A DNA stretch of 64,000 bases from assembly GCA_013239625.1 (NCBI GenBank), contig MU053652.1:930001-994000 (forward strand), written 5' to 3'. The position numbers and the translations under genes are program-made. Below are positions 27,790-41,713 of the stretch, in pieces. The notes beneath the pieces are model-generated. The model was not told the DNA's origin. It did not search any database and saw only the letters and a program-made list of their open reading frames with translations. Source of the DNA: Lama guanicoe. Lineage: Eukaryota. Every line of letters begins with the position of its first letter. Position 1 is the first letter of the stretch.

Positions 27790-28300
27790 CAACATCCCTC
27801 TCTCTGGGTGTCTGGCTTGAGCAACTCTGAAGACAGTGGTCACCCTTCCAGAGAGGGAAAGAGAATTAAAGTGAAGACAGAAATGACTGAAGGACAGATG
27901 CTGGGTTTAGATCTGAATATGTTAAGTTTAAGGTGTTCAGTCCTGGTACTTGGATGCGCAATTCTGGAGCTCAGGAGAGAGACTGATGTCAGAAATTTAA
28001 AAAGTGAAATATCTGAGAGGATGAGATTACTCGGGGATAAGGTGCAGAGGAAGAAAAGCAAGCCGGGTCCAGAACCAACTCGCCGAAAGAGCAGCACTGA
28101 AAAGATGCTTAGGAAGCAGCTAGAGAGGAGGAAGACAGGACGAGGAGAAGACAAAGGAGAAGAGAACAGTGACAAGGCTACGGGGCGGTCCAGTGAGATA
28201 AAGCCAGAAACATACACCTCGCAGGTCCCAGTGACCTTGGCAGGAAGGGTTTCCGGGGAGCACTGGATGCTCAACTCAGCAGCAGGATGAGGAGGGAATG
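27790..28300 (-). mobile_element. L2 LINE fragment
   Basis: tctggcttgagcaact..atgttaagtttaaggtg..tctggagctcaggagaga..gtgaccttggcaggaagggtttc, antisense L2 motifs. Confidence 0.65.
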
Positions 28301-29829
28301 GCTAACAAGGGAAAAGAAACCAAGCCCATGACACGCTTTGCAGAGGCCCACCACTCTCACCAACACATGCCCTCCTAAAAAACAAGTGAAAAAGCAGGAT
28401 GACTCTCTCCCAGTGCAGCAAAGAATAGAGAGACCAGGAAATCACTCACATGAACAGGTCATGACCTGCACTAGCGTGGCCCCATTTTAAGCTCCCAGAA
28501 ATAAACTATGTTGTCAACATTCATATACACCGGCCAACTGCCCGCACGACATTAGATTGAGAGAACAAGTGTTTGCCTTTAGCTGCAAACACGCTCAGGA
28601 TAACCTACACACACGAAGCATGAGAATCATTCCCCACCCCACTCCCACCACAAAATATTAAGTAAATAAAAGAAATAAAACATTGCATTGTAACATCAGT
28701 TGCTTAAATCCTGTTAGGCTGAAGGTTTTCACTGTTCATCTAGAAGACAAAAGAGCAGGCAGAATCACTAAATTAGCAGAGATTCCTTAAACTGAACTGA
28801 ATAAGAAAAGGCCTCAGGTATGAATAAGCCTAAGAATCACAGAGATTAGAATTTCAATTAATTGCAGCTTCTACCCTTCGGAAGAGAATAATACACACAC
28901 GTACACCTGACAGGTTTATTTCCAGGGTCACAAAACAGTATGCAGAAACGTGCAATACAACATCACAGTCGGTGAAAGAAGACTCCAATCCTGGGATGGC
29001 AACGTGGTATGTGCCAGCAGGAAGCACTAGCATTAGAAAGCTCTGCTGACCGTCAAAGGATTGTTCCCAATTTCAAGTTCCTCAAACACAAATTTCCTCA
29101 ATTACAGTTTCCCAATCACAAATTGTGAGAGTTAAATGTAAAAATGTGAAGTGAAAGTATACTAAAAAGCAAACTCAAAAGAACAGTGAACTGTACTTTG
29201 TACCTTTAACAGTTACCATGGGGGGAGGGGTGAAATGCTCCAGATGTCCCCAGGGCCCAGCTGCACCTCTGTTCTTCCCACAGCTAGGTTAGTGACATCC
29301 TGCTTGTATTCCCTAAGATACACTAGTATCATTTCAAGAGAACTCCCTCTTTAAGTTACTCGGAGCTGGGTTCTGTCACTTATAACTAAAAGAGGCCTAA
29401 TTCACAGCATAAGAGCCAATTCCTTCATTTCTCTGATTCTATAATCCCTCCAAACGAGAACAGATGAGCACAACGGACGGAGCAAAGTGACAAAAACAGC
29501 GATATTATGGCCTCCTGGGCCAGAACGTCAGAACACGGTCCCTGTTCTATGGGTGGTTATGTAACCACATCTCTCCCACAGCACATGGCCCACTGCCCAG
29601 AATGGAGAACAGTCCCACTGTGTGGATGCCTGAGTTCATGAGTAAAAGAATGAGCAACAGAGGGTGGCGGTATTAGGAGAAATCGAGGCCTAGAACCACC
29701 AGCCTGGGGTCCTCTGCACGGGGCTGGCAGCTGAAGCTGTCATGATAGACGAGATCCCTAAAACTGTCAGGCTGAAGTGAGAAGATGATGACGACAACGA
29801 CGAGGACCACAACAGAGACCATTACGTCA

Positions 29830-29955
29830 TCACAGCCGCACTGAGGACAACAGGCAGGCGTTGTGTGAAGCGCACACTTGGTCCTCAGAAAAACACTACG
29901 AGGGAGGTACACATTATACCCCACGTCACAGACAAGAAAACAGAAGCTCAGAGAT
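29830..29955 (-). mobile_element. MIR SINE fragment with GC-shifted substitutions
   Basis: tcctcagaaaacactacgagggaggtacacattataccccacgtcacagacaagaaaacagaagctcagaga aligns to the antisense MIR core. Confidence 0.7.
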
Positions 29956-30169
29956 AAAGAGAGAACAAAGGACCTGATTTTGGAGCATGCTTCTTTAACG
30001 GGATATTAGGAAAAAGGAATTAATTTGAGAAAAGGGGCCAAAGAGTCTTAAGTACTGCACAAGGAAACCAAGGCTCGCGGGAGAGTCAAGAGAACTGTCG
30101 ACACTGCCTCCACCTGCCCACTGCCAGCCAGTTCTGACCCCTGGAACTCCACTAGAACAATCCTTGCAC

Positions 30170-30870
30170 AAGTCTCACATCGTCATTCTGCTCATTCAAG
30201 TCAGTGCAGCACTCGTTTTTACTGACCACTCTCTCCTCCTTGAAACACTGTCTTCCAGAGGCTGCAACCCTACACCCTTCCACTCTGCTTCCACCTCCCT
30301 GGTTGCTCCTTCTCAGGAATCTCTTCCTCAGCCTGTTCCTTAAGTGCTGTGAATTCTTCTCAATCCTCAGACTCTCTCTGGGTGAGCTCATTCACCACTG
30401 TCTTCACCAGCCAATGATTTCCAAACATACCTCTGGCCAGATGGCTCCCCTGAGCTGCAGACCTCAGACCTGGCATGTCTCAAATGAAACTCATCATACT
30501 CCTCCCCAAATCTACGTCTCCATTTCCTTCATCAGTGAATGGTATCACTTGCCCCAGCAAATCATCCTCCCTTCTCCACTTCCTCTAATCCAACCAATCA
30601 CCAACTTCTTTTATTTCTATCTCTTTACTCCCTCTCACACGGGCCAACTTTAGTCCACTACCACAGCTACTCTGCCAAAGCAGCCTTCTCATCTCTTCCC
30701 TGAATCATTAAAACAGCCCTTAAAGGAGCTTCCTTTCCCCCAGTTCTTGCCTCTCCTTCTGTGGACTATAAACTCAATGAGGGCAAGGACTGTGATTTAT
30801 CACTGTATCCCAGTATTTGTGATAATACTCAGGCAATAAATGCATATTTGCTGGATGAAAGAATGAAAAA
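30170..30870 (+). mobile_element. L2 LINE 3' fragment
   Basis: tgaccactctctcctccttgaaacact..ctgggtgagctcatt..aaactcaatgagggcaaggactgtg..cactgtatcccagta..atatttgctggatgaaagaatgaa (L2 tail). Confidence 0.8.
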
Positions 30871-33109
30871 ATGATCTCTAGCAGGTAGGAGAAACAGAGA
30901 CCTGATTACCAATAGCAAGTGGTAAGAAAATACATACTATAGATTTAATCTCCTGGTTATAGAAGCCCACAATAAAAATATTTCACACAAAACTCTCCTC
31001 TCAGAAAGACAACTTTATCACCTTAAACACAAGAACCAAAAGAAATACAGTTACAAGCTGAAAGATACAATATTATTAAAGTTAGCACCGAATGTAATAA
31101 AATCTACTTTGTGTAAAAAAAAATGTCAAGGTGAAGAAAGTATCTGTTTGCAGAGCATTCAATTTAAACACACTTTCCAATTACCTAGCATGTTTTAAAA
31201 ACCGCTTTCTTATGGATGTAAGCAAAATGGTACCTAGTCTCCCAGATCTTCAACTAACTTCCTACCCTAGCAATATCATATTGGAGTGCCACCAGGAAAA
31301 AACGCAGAGGAATAAGATGAGGAAAATGTTAAAAAAAAAAAAAAAGTCACAGTTGCACAAGGCAAGAAACGTCTTTGGTACAAAGCTGTATCACCAACCT
31401 GTGAAGAATGTTCAATATTTAAGGTGAGATCTGACTATCCGAATCTAAACTTAACATCCAGGGAAACTTGAATTAGTCATTTGGCTGGAAAACCCATGTC
31501 TGCAGCCAAGAAGCTGCTTTACTTGGTCACAAAGAAGCAAAGACAGACACACAAGGTAGAAAAATCAGTTCTGTTCTAGCACTTATTTGCTGAGACCTTA
31601 ATATCAGAGTTCTGCATTTCCCCACTGACAGACAAAGGCAATAACCACAGAATATTTATTTCCCTACCTCTGTGCTCTGAAAGATAAGAACATACTAAAC
31701 TCTGAGCTTAGGTTTTATATGAAAAATTAAAAGAAACTGATCATCAATTATTTCGGATCAAAATGGTCTTGGTTTTACAGGCCTTTATCTCACATACACA
31801 TTTTCATAATAAGCTTGGCTAAGCGGGTGGGTGTTCTTCATTTCAAGCAGGACACAGATGCCACTTAATCTTCAAGGTTATCTAGTATCTACTTCCAAGG
31901 GGTAGAGATTAGTTTCACTACTTATTAGTAACAATCTTCGTGTAAAAAGAAGGTACTATTTGAGGAGTGCTGACTCATTCTCCATCTGTATTATGAAAAG
32001 AACAGGGGGGAAAAAACTATTAGCAACACAGAACAAAACACAGTAAAAATAAAAAGAACTGGGTTCTGGCTCTAGTAGTGTCCTTCCTGTCACTTCCCTA
32101 CCTGTCATGTTCAGTTTCTGAATTCTTTGATGACCTCCAGTGAACTTCTAATTCTAACGTGTAGCAAATTAGTGACTAAAATTAGAAAATAAACCCAGGC
32201 CCTCTTTCTTTGAATTCAACTATTAGTATCAGGAGATACCTTCCCAGGAGAGTCTCCTCAACAAAAGGTGTTGGAAAAACTGGACAGTCACATGCAAAAG
32301 AATGAAACTGGACTACTGTCTTACACCAGACACAAAAATCAACTCAAAATGAATTGAAGACTTGAATGTAGACCTGAAACCATTTAACTCTTACATGAAA
32401 ACACAAGGATAAGCACCTTGACATCAGTCTTGGCAATGACTCTTTGGATTTGACACCAAAAACAAAAATAAACAAGTGAAACTACATCAAATTAAAAGCT
32501 TCTGCACAGCAAAGGAAACCATCCACAAATTAAAAAGCAATCTATAAAACGGGAAAAAATATTTGTGGATTATCTGTCTGATAAGGGGTTAACATCCAAA
32601 ATACATGAAGAACTCATACGACTCAACAACAACACAAAACACAATCCCATTTCAAAATGTGCAGAGAAATTAAGACACTTTTCCAGAGAAGACATACAAA
32701 TGGCCAAAAGGTACATAAAATGATGCTCATTATCACTCATCATCAGAGAAATGCAAATCCAAACAACAAAAAGATACCACCTCACACCTAATGGAATGGC
32801 CATCATCAAAAAAAAAGACAAGCGATAACAAGTGTTGGGGAGGTTGTGGAGAAAAGGGAATCCTTGCACACAGTTGAGTGGGAATGTAAACTGATGCAAC
32901 CGCTATGAAAAACAGTATGAAAGTTCCTCAGAAAATTAAAAACAGAACTACCATATAATCCAGCAATCCCATCTCTCAGTATGTACCTGAAAGAAATGAA
33001 AACAGAATCCCAAAGAAATGTCTGCACACCCATGTTCACTGAAGCATCATTCACAATAGCCCAGATATGGAATAATCTAAGCATTCATCAATGAATGAAT
33101 AGACATGAA

Positions 33110-33112
<3 letters not shown>

Positions 33113-33152
<40 letters not shown>
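33113..33152. repeat. (CA)20 microsatellite
   Basis: Perfect CA run inside the L1. Confidence 0.95.
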
Positions 33153-33156
<4 letters not shown>

Positions 33157-33489
33157 GGAATATTATTCAGCCATGAGAAATAAGGACATCCTACCATTTG
33201 CGACAACATGGATGGACCTTGCAGACATTAGGCTGAGGTAAGTCAGATAGATGAAGACAAATACATGTTCTCATGGATATGTGGAATTTTAAAAAGCCAA
33301 AGGAACAGAGACTAGAGTGGTGGCTGCCAGGGACTAAGGGTGGGGAAAAAGAGATGGTGGTCAAGGAGTACAAACTTCCAGTTGGAAGATGAGTAAGATG
33401 TGGGAGCTAAGGAAAGCATGGTGATCGTACTTAATGATAATGTATTATATAATTGAAAAGACTCTAAGAGACTACATCTTAAAACCACA

Positions 33490-33878
33490 TCTAAAAAGAG
33501 AAGACATTAGTGAACTAATCTACAAACAGAAATAGACCATATGATATACTTATATGTGGAATCTAAAAAAAAAAAAAAAGAAAAGACAAACGAACTTACA
33601 AAACAGAAACAGACATAGTAAACTTTTGGTTATAGGAGAGAAAGGGGCTGGGAAGGGATAAATTGGGAGTTTAAGATTTGTAAATACTAACTAATATGTA
33701 CAAAAAGAATAAACAAGTTTCTACTGTATACCACAGAGAACTATATTCAATGCCTTGTAGTAACCCATAATGAAGAATGAAAACGAATATATGTGTACGT
33801 ATGACTGAAACATTATGCTGTGCACCAGAAGTTGACACACTGTAAACTGACTATACTTCAATTTAAAAAAAATTTTTT
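33490..33878 (+). mobile_element. Cetartiodactyl-type L1 3' end nested in the older L1 3' UTR
   Basis: cttatatgtggaatctaaaa..gggataaattgggagttt..ctactgtataccacagagaactatattcaa..tgtaaactgactatacttcaat; the host L1 resumes at tcaccaccaaaaaagaaatggtaattatg. Confidence 0.75.
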
Positions 33879-34269
33879 AATGGTATCACCACCAAAAAAG
33901 AAATGGTAATTATGTTACATGATGGGGGTTGTGGGTGAGAGAATGGACATGTCAGTGCAAATACTGCCCTTCTCCTGAGGAAGAACAAAATCAGGCCCAG
34001 GAAACGAGCTAGGAATGTCATCTCTACATAAGCCAGAAAGCAAACTCACATGGTGGAAAGAGACAACTTCTGCTCTGCATTCTACCACCAACCAGCTTTG
34101 TCAACTGTCAGATGACTGCAGCTTTCACATTTCCCTAGGTAAATCTGGGATTCATAATAATGCCCCTAACTGTGATGAGGCCAACAGGTGAGATACCAGA
34201 TGGCAGACTGCTTTGCAAAGCATAAGTGCTACAAAACTGCACAACTCTGATGTCTGCGATGTTATGAAG

Positions 34270-34430
34270 AGTATTTTCAAATTTTAGCATGCCTAAGAAT
34301 AATCTAAAGCAGACTCCTGTGGGCCCTGCACCCAGGGATTCCAATTCAATCCCTCCACCACAGGGATGATTTGCATTTCTAACTCTCCAGTGACACTGGT
34401 ATTGCTGATCCTTAAGACCCCTGTGTGTAG
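34270..34430 (-). mobile_element. MER5A-like MITE
   Basis: ttttcaaattttagcatgc..agaat..gggccctgcacccaggga..tttgcatttctaac..gctgatcct. Confidence 0.65.
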
Positions 34431-36369
34431 GGCTGAGATTTTGGTTTTTTAAATTAAAAATCACTTCCTTTTATTAAAAAATTATCATCTTTGCATTTTA
34501 AAAAATTATTCATTCATTAAACTTCCTGGGCACTTAGTATGTGCCTAGCCCTAAATCACATCGCAAACACAAAGTTAACCCCTCCCCCTTACAAACTCAT
34601 GGCCCAATCTGATTAAAGAACATGATGATATGGGCCAGGAGCTGGAGGAGCCCAGAAAATATGAAATACAGCCTAAAATACACACGAAGGTGCTTTAATC
34701 ATATCTGACATCACTCCCTAACATCACCAAGGGAAGAATCTCATTCAACGCATGTTTTTGTTATGAGAAAGATTCAGTGTCAGTTTGAATATGGAGCATT
34801 GTTGTATTATGACACCAACGTATGCACAGAAAATGACAAAATCTAAGGCAGCTCCTACCATCTGCCAAACAGAGAAGTAGCCTTGATACAACACGAAGGC
34901 TGACACCTAAATAGCATTTATTAATAATCTATAATATAGATTTTATCTATTATTTCCCTAACAGGCCCTGTCTCTAATTTGAGTCTGCTTTAGTATGCAA
35001 AACAAGAGAAATCGAAAGCAAATTTTTTCCTGTTCTGGTGTCCAAAAAAAAGGGCAATTTTTTTTTAACTCTGACAAACATAAAACAAAAATTTAAGAAA
35101 TGTAACATTGAGTAAGACCTCTAGCCCATTCACCCAAGCACCCTTTCTCTGGAGACTATAACCAAAGGACAATATACAATCAGAAAGACAGTTGTCCAAC
35201 TTCATATTTACCAAAGAGACATGACCATTACCCACATTATTTCTTCACCTGATACACTAAGAAGCTATTATCAATAAATCTGTCTTACTAGAGAGTATGT
35301 AGATTTGGGATCAGTACTACCTTCTGTGATAATGAACTATATATTTTAGTTAACAGTTGGTCTAGTAAGTCCCATATGTAAAGAAGTAATTCCTTTCATT
35401 TGTTCTAAAAATATTTCAGTAAGGCTGCAGGGGATATATTCTGGTTGAGGAACAGTGGAATTCCTTCTATCTGTCCCTGGTTCATCCTATTCATACCCTT
35501 CAGTATTTAACAGTTGGCTGTATTTAAAGTATGTTCTCACTGGTATGTGTAATCAGAAGTCGAGATTTAATCAAATGGAATCATAATCACTGAAGTTAAA
35601 TTTACTTGCTTCCCGCTTGCTTTGATTCAAATTAACTACTCATCTAAATTATATCGAGGCCCTTCCTGATTCCAAGCATGTCCAGGTGCTACATGCAGTG
35701 CTTGGGAATGGCTTCAAGACACAAGGACAAATGCTTGACCTTGCTTCAAAGCTGCTCTTCAATGATTTTTCTGTAAAATCAAATGACCAATCCCAAAAAA
35801 TCCTACATGGCAGATACTTAGGAGAAGAGTAACTCAGAGAAAGAAGAGATGAAAGGAAATGCTACTTATTTGAAAAAGAAACACATGCCTCACTTTAACT
35901 AGAGATATAAAGAAATCATGAGAAATATTTATGTTTTTCATAAACACTGTCCTTGTGCCACAAAACTAACTTTGGGCATGAGCCTTCAGGCTCTCTCCTC
36001 AATAAAACCACTTTATAAGATTGCCCTATTACAACAGCATGCCGTCATCCCAAGTTCTGGACTCAGAATTTTTAAAATATTTTTTAAGTATACTTTTCCA
36101 ACTTTTAGAACAGTAATTCAATGTATTTCTAGAAATCTACAGCCTTCATAGATTGAGAAACCTGGGGGGGTAGGGAGAGTTTTAGGAAATGAGGCAAATA
36201 TCAACCTTGGAAGAAAAAAAAAAAAGCATGACTATAAAGCAGATGATTCGATGTTAGAGATATTCCACAAGCATTCATCTAACACACTATCAATTATATA
36301 ACAGGAGGCAGAAATGAAAAGGGTATACAGACTGTTACAATATAGTGTAGTAAGTATACAATATAGTAC

Positions 36370-37170
36370 AGTAATTGTTACATCTGTTTAAAAGTAGTAT
36401 GGCTACTCCTTCAGATTCCAGATGTATCAAAAATATAAATATTCAGACCATAGTAGAAGAAAGTTTGGGAAATTTTATTTGTAATCAAAGAATAAGGAAG
36501 ACCTAAGCTTGACACAAAAACCAGAAACCATAAAACACTGATAAATACACTCTTATAAAAATAAAAACAATGACTACATGATTAAACTTCATAAAGTCAA
36601 AAGAGAAAGAAACTAAGAGGAAATCACAATATAGATATCAAAGAACTAATTTTCTTAATATATAAAGAGTTCCTGCAAATCAATAAAAAAGACAAATATG
36701 CTGGGAAAATACGTAATTGGAAAGGAAATAAAACATTACCTGAACACTATTATTGAAAATTTCATATTTTAAACAAGTCAACTTTTAGGATAGGAGAATG
36801 AACCATCCTATACCTATCACCTGCTTCAATAAGCATCATTTATCACTGATCTTATTTTAGCTGAATCTACACTCACCCTCAACCCAGATTATTTTGAAAT
36901 AATGTATCTAGATATAATCCAGATAGCATAACAATAAACTGTTTTTTACATAAATAGGTTTAACCTCAAATTTTTTCTAAAAATACAAATCAAAACCATC
37001 TTGGAAACAGCACTTTTCACCCACCAGACTGACAAAGACAAAAATGTTTAATAATACAATCTGTTTACTAGGGAATATAGGAATCCTCAAACATTACTGA
37101 TGACATGAAAACTTGGTATTATTTCTTAAGAAAAGCACACTTGGCAATAATTATCAAAATCTAATCAACC
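36370..37170 (+). mobile_element. Degenerate L1M ORF2 3' fragments
   Basis: ccagaaaccataaa..atatataaagagttcctgcaaatcaataa..cacttttcacccaccagactgacaaag..ttggcaata. Confidence 0.55.
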
Positions 37171-39212
37171 ACAAAATCCAATCAGCAAAAACTCTGAAAA
37201 TGTCCTATCAAGAACTGAGAGGCTTTCCTTCTCACATCTTATACGTTAATGTCACGCTAATTGCACAACTAGAGGAGTAACTCGTAGGTGCTATCAAATG
37301 AATGGAGCTTGCTAACTATAACTAATATAAAACAGCAGTAAAAGCTGCCTCATTTTATTTTTAAAAAAACACCTGCACAAGACACACCCTAACGCCCACC
37401 TACAAAGAGCAGAACGGGCCCGCATGGTTACCTGCTCCCATTACACGTTTTGTCTTTCCTCTACAGCGCTTAACACGGTTGTAAGAACACAGTTACCTGA
37501 TCATTCTCTGATTAATGCCCCTCTTTTCCTCTAGACTTTAAACTCCATGAGGAAAGGGGACCATGTCTTATTTGTTTGGCATTTTAGCCCAGTTTCTGGT
37601 CCATTCAATGTATGTGGAATTCATTCTTTCATTCAACAAATATTTATTATGTGGGCACTGTGCTGGACTCTGGACATAAGGTGCTGAATAAGGCAAACTA
37701 GTTCTCTCTTCTCTTGAAGCTTCCATTCTAGCAGTAGCCAGAAAACACACACATACCATTAAAAGTAATCTAATGAACATAATCCAGTTGGTCTGCAAAC
37801 AGATATTACTGTTTTTCCATACTGATACCCCCAATCAGCATTTCCATTTTTAATGATTTCTTCCGATTAAAATAACTTGAGTAATACTTTAAATTAATTC
37901 TTAAATAATGAAATCATTTTTCACTACAACTTAATAATAGTTCCAAAACAGAGGGAGAGAAAACCTATCATATCTTACTATCCAAACACAACTACTTTTA
38001 GCATGAAAGTGTATTTCCTCCCTGTAGTTCTCCATGAATCTTTCTTCACTATCACAGTGAGCACAGAATGTGCAACGTTCTCTGCTTTTTATATCAGACA
38101 CTTCATGTTCCTTCATCCATAATAGAGATCAAGAAACATCGCAAAATGGTCTCCTTCCCACAGGGAAAAGGTCTCCCTTGGCAACCATGGCGTCCAGTCC
38201 TTCAACCCTTCTGCCTCTTCCAGACCCACAGTTTTACCAACTTGCAGCAGGCCGCCAGCACCTCCCCGGTCTGCTTGCACGTTTAAACTTTCCAAATAAG
38301 TCAAATAGTTGTTATACATATGCCAATCTTTCTCTTTTCCCACATTCTTCTCTCTCCCATATTCGTGACAGGATATAACACCTTTAAGACTTTGTTTCAT
38401 GTATCCCTCTTGCTTTTCTTATTTGTTCAATATTAGAGCCCTTCCTCCAGCTCCTTTGAAACAAAATTGGTAGGCAAATGCTCATGAGCTAGATTTGCAG
38501 AAAGAATCAATAATCAGGCAGCAGGATCTGAAGAAACTGGTCATGCGCCACACAGGCTGCAGACCACATGAGCTGTCTGAAAGTGAAGACACTGCCTGCC
38601 TTTCTGAGGAAATTATGGGTGGCAAGTGGTTCTGGGAGATTAAAAAAGCAAGTGTAACCCTAATGTTTGTCAACTTCACAACAAGAGTAGTTAAATATCT
38701 TCCTTTCATAGTAAACAGAGGTTTATGACAAGAGACAATACATGACCAGAAAGACAAAGTATTTCTCCTATAAATAGTTTGAGGTGGTCAAAAATAAAGT
38801 AAGTAGGTGACCAAAGAGATATTTGAAAACTGGCTGTGAAAGTATTCCACTTCTGAAGGAAGTGAAAGCAAAACCGAATTCACCAGTCTGGTTTCTTCTA
38901 CTTCTCTAGAGAAATAGCACACAACATTAACTCTCTTTACATAAAGACAAATGAAAACATGCCTGCAATGCATCACAACCAGAATGCATTTAATAAGATG
39001 ATGTTGAACAATGAAACTTTTAGGGAAAGTTACAATACCAGTACCTTAACTCAGAGCAGCATTTATATGTTCACAATTTGGAAGAGGTTATTTCGTGGGG
39101 TGAGTGAGAGAATCATGTTTGGAAGGATTTACGGTTCTTTTTGCTCATGCTCCAATTTTTTTTTTTTATAGAAAACAGGCTCTTATACCTTTAGCATAAG
39201 ATTCTTTGAATG

Positions 39213-39269
39213 GTTAATAATAATAATAATAATAACAGCAGCAGCAACAATAACAATAATAATAATAAT
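39213..39269. repeat. Compound (AAT)/(CAG)/(CAA) trinucleotide repeat
   Basis: taataataataataataataacagcagcagcaacaataacaataataataataat. Confidence 0.85.
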
Positions 39270-41289
39270 GCAAAATAATGTGACTTTACCTCTCCTTAAA
39301 ATAATGTCACCAACACCTCCCAGTACAGTTTAACACAAATTACCATGCAAGCCTCAAGGATAATCTGGCAATATCCTTCCTACAGTTCTAAATCTCTAGA
39401 AGCAACAATGCAATCACTCTTGAATGAAGTTTCCCAGGTAATTAATTCTCAAAGAGTTTTAAAGCATTTGTGGGCACCCAGCCACCACAGACGAGCTCAA
39501 ATTTATCAGTCATTTGGAACCCCAACCCAAGAATTTCATCTTTGGCTTTCAAAAAGAATGGTTCAGTCCAAATATTTGCTTTCTCTGTACTATTTTATCT
39601 CATAATAAAGAGTTTGGGCCCAAAACTTCACATCTGTACCCTTTATAAAATGGAATCATGTTATAGACATGAAATCAAGACAGACATCTGGTTCACTTGC
39701 CAGTGTTCAATACATCCTGCCTACAGAAGCCTTTAAAATACTGACAAAAAAACAAAACTTCAAGAGGAAAAAAAACCCTCCTGCTGACTCATTCCTCATA
39801 GAGAAACATTTATTATTTCCTGGGGCAGTATGCTGAACTTCCACTTCTACTGCTGTAATTTCCACTTGTGAATTTGGGAAGGGGCTGCGGGAACAGAAGA
39901 GAAAGAGGTCAAAATCCTATGACAGACAGACACGCTGCTTTTAAGGATACTGTAATGAGATCTGCAGAAAAGTTATTGATCCATGCCCTTTTCATTTTAT
40001 TTCCAATATATACTACAGTCGTATTATTTCCCTATGAAAGTGCAGTGTCTTCACCTAGGGATTTGTGGCAACGGGGCAAATAGCAAACCAGAATTTTGGA
40101 GTGTTCATTCGTAAGAGGGCAAAAGATCTTCGTGAAAATCCAGGCACCAGGCAAAGAAGAAAAGCGAAGTTCAACTTAGAACCACTCCCAGCCTCCCTGC
40201 ATCACAATGTGAGTGATCGAAGACCAGGGGAGTTGAGGAAGGAACCAAGAATAAATAAATAAAACTTAGGTATGTGTTCGTATACACACGTATGCACGTA
40301 ATAGTACTCACTGGCTCCAACTCTACCAAGCTCTAACCATATGACCTCGCCTAATACAAGGAAGCTTGTAAGACACGTATTATCCTCCTTCATTAAAGAG
40401 CTGGAATTCAAAGGCAGGTCTGCTCGACTCCAAAACCCATGCTCGTCAAAGCATGTGCTTTGAAACATTCTATAGCAAAAGAGGGGCGGAGAATGTTTTC
40501 TTCACCAATTGTACTTCTGAATGAAGTTTACAAGGGAATTAAGTTTTGAAGAGTCTTAAAGTGTAATTAAAATCAATGTTATTTAGAATGACAGAAGAAT
40601 ATAGCAAATGTAAAGAGAATACATTAGATTTCTTCAAAAATATCAAAGTAAGTCTGGGGAATTTCATACTAAGTAAGCTATTATTATTTCTCCTTAAATT
40701 TGCTTATCTTCTTAAAAAAATTGTAAAGCCCTAAGTACAAACAGTAAAATTTCCTTAACATGTCAACAAAATTATGATCCCTGTCTAGCACACACTGTCT
40801 AGCACCTCCCAGGAACTCACAATATTTGAGCACCTGAGAAGGCATGTTCTGCTCTGCCCTTTGTTCTCAGATAAAATTAGAGTTTCCATTGGCCTTTTCC
40901 CCGCCAATGCCGAATTCCTGCCTTGCCCATATCTGATGTACAGAAAAGGCTCTGGGGAAAGAGCAGTGAAGGGGAAAGAGGGAACTGAGACCCATGTAGA
41001 GTGAATCTTGGATCTTCTACAAAAGCCTCAATTTGAAATATCTTGTCCCACCGTCAGAGAACATTAGTCTATCATGCCCTAAGCTCTCATTTGGCAGACG
41101 TAATCTCCCCGTGTGTGACAGTCAAGACAGAGTTAGGATCAGAATACAATTTCGATTTTCCCTTTATGAAGCAAGAACTAGGAAGTCCAAGCCTTATTAG
41201 TTGATTTAAGCAGATAGAGGAATTCCTGAGACTGATTTGCCTATTGGCAAATATCACCACACATTAAAGAACAAAGCATGGGACAGAGG

Positions 41290-41495
41290 GAAGACCATGG
41301 ACTTGCATTAACTCCAAGACTGGCCACTTGTTCTGTGACCTTGAGATAATTACTCAATCTATGAGCCCCAGTTTCCTTAACTGTAAAATGTGGATACTAA
41401 ATGAGTAGCTCATAAAGTTGTAGTGAGAAAGAAATAATACACATAAATTGCCTTGAACAGCATTTAGTAGTACTTAAGAAATATTCAATAATTGC
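41290..41495 (+). mobile_element. MIR SINE
   Basis: ctgtgaccttgagataattactcaatctatgagccccagtttccttaactgtaaaatg..ctcataaagttgtagtgag. Confidence 0.75.
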
Positions 41496-41713
41496 TACAT
41501 TGTTTGTATGGACAATATGCCTTAAAACTTCTCAACTAAATCAAAAACCAACTGAACTACGACTATTCAAGTGGTTTTCACCAATCTGAGTTTGGATGGG
41601 CCACAGTATCCCAAGTTCAAGAAATTATCACCCTAAGGTATTTACTTACCCTCTACCCTAGAAAAGGTGCAGTAAACACAATTATCAAAGACACAAAGCA
41701 CACTCCCACCTAC

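Larger units (their letters stand above)
32258..33925 (+). mobile_element. L1 (L1MA-like) ORF2 3' portion and 3' UTR, interrupted by a younger L1 tail
   Basis: caacaaaaggtgttggaaaaactggacagtcacatgcaaaagaatgaaactggac.., cttctgcacagcaaaggaaacc, gaactaccatataatccagcaatccca, gagtacaaacttccagtt. Confidence 0.88.

Noticed and set aside
27808..28290. Longest ORFs in the track (160 aa on +, 144 aa on -)
   Set aside because: They lie within a purine-skewed L2 fragment and have low-complexity translations with no protein similarity.
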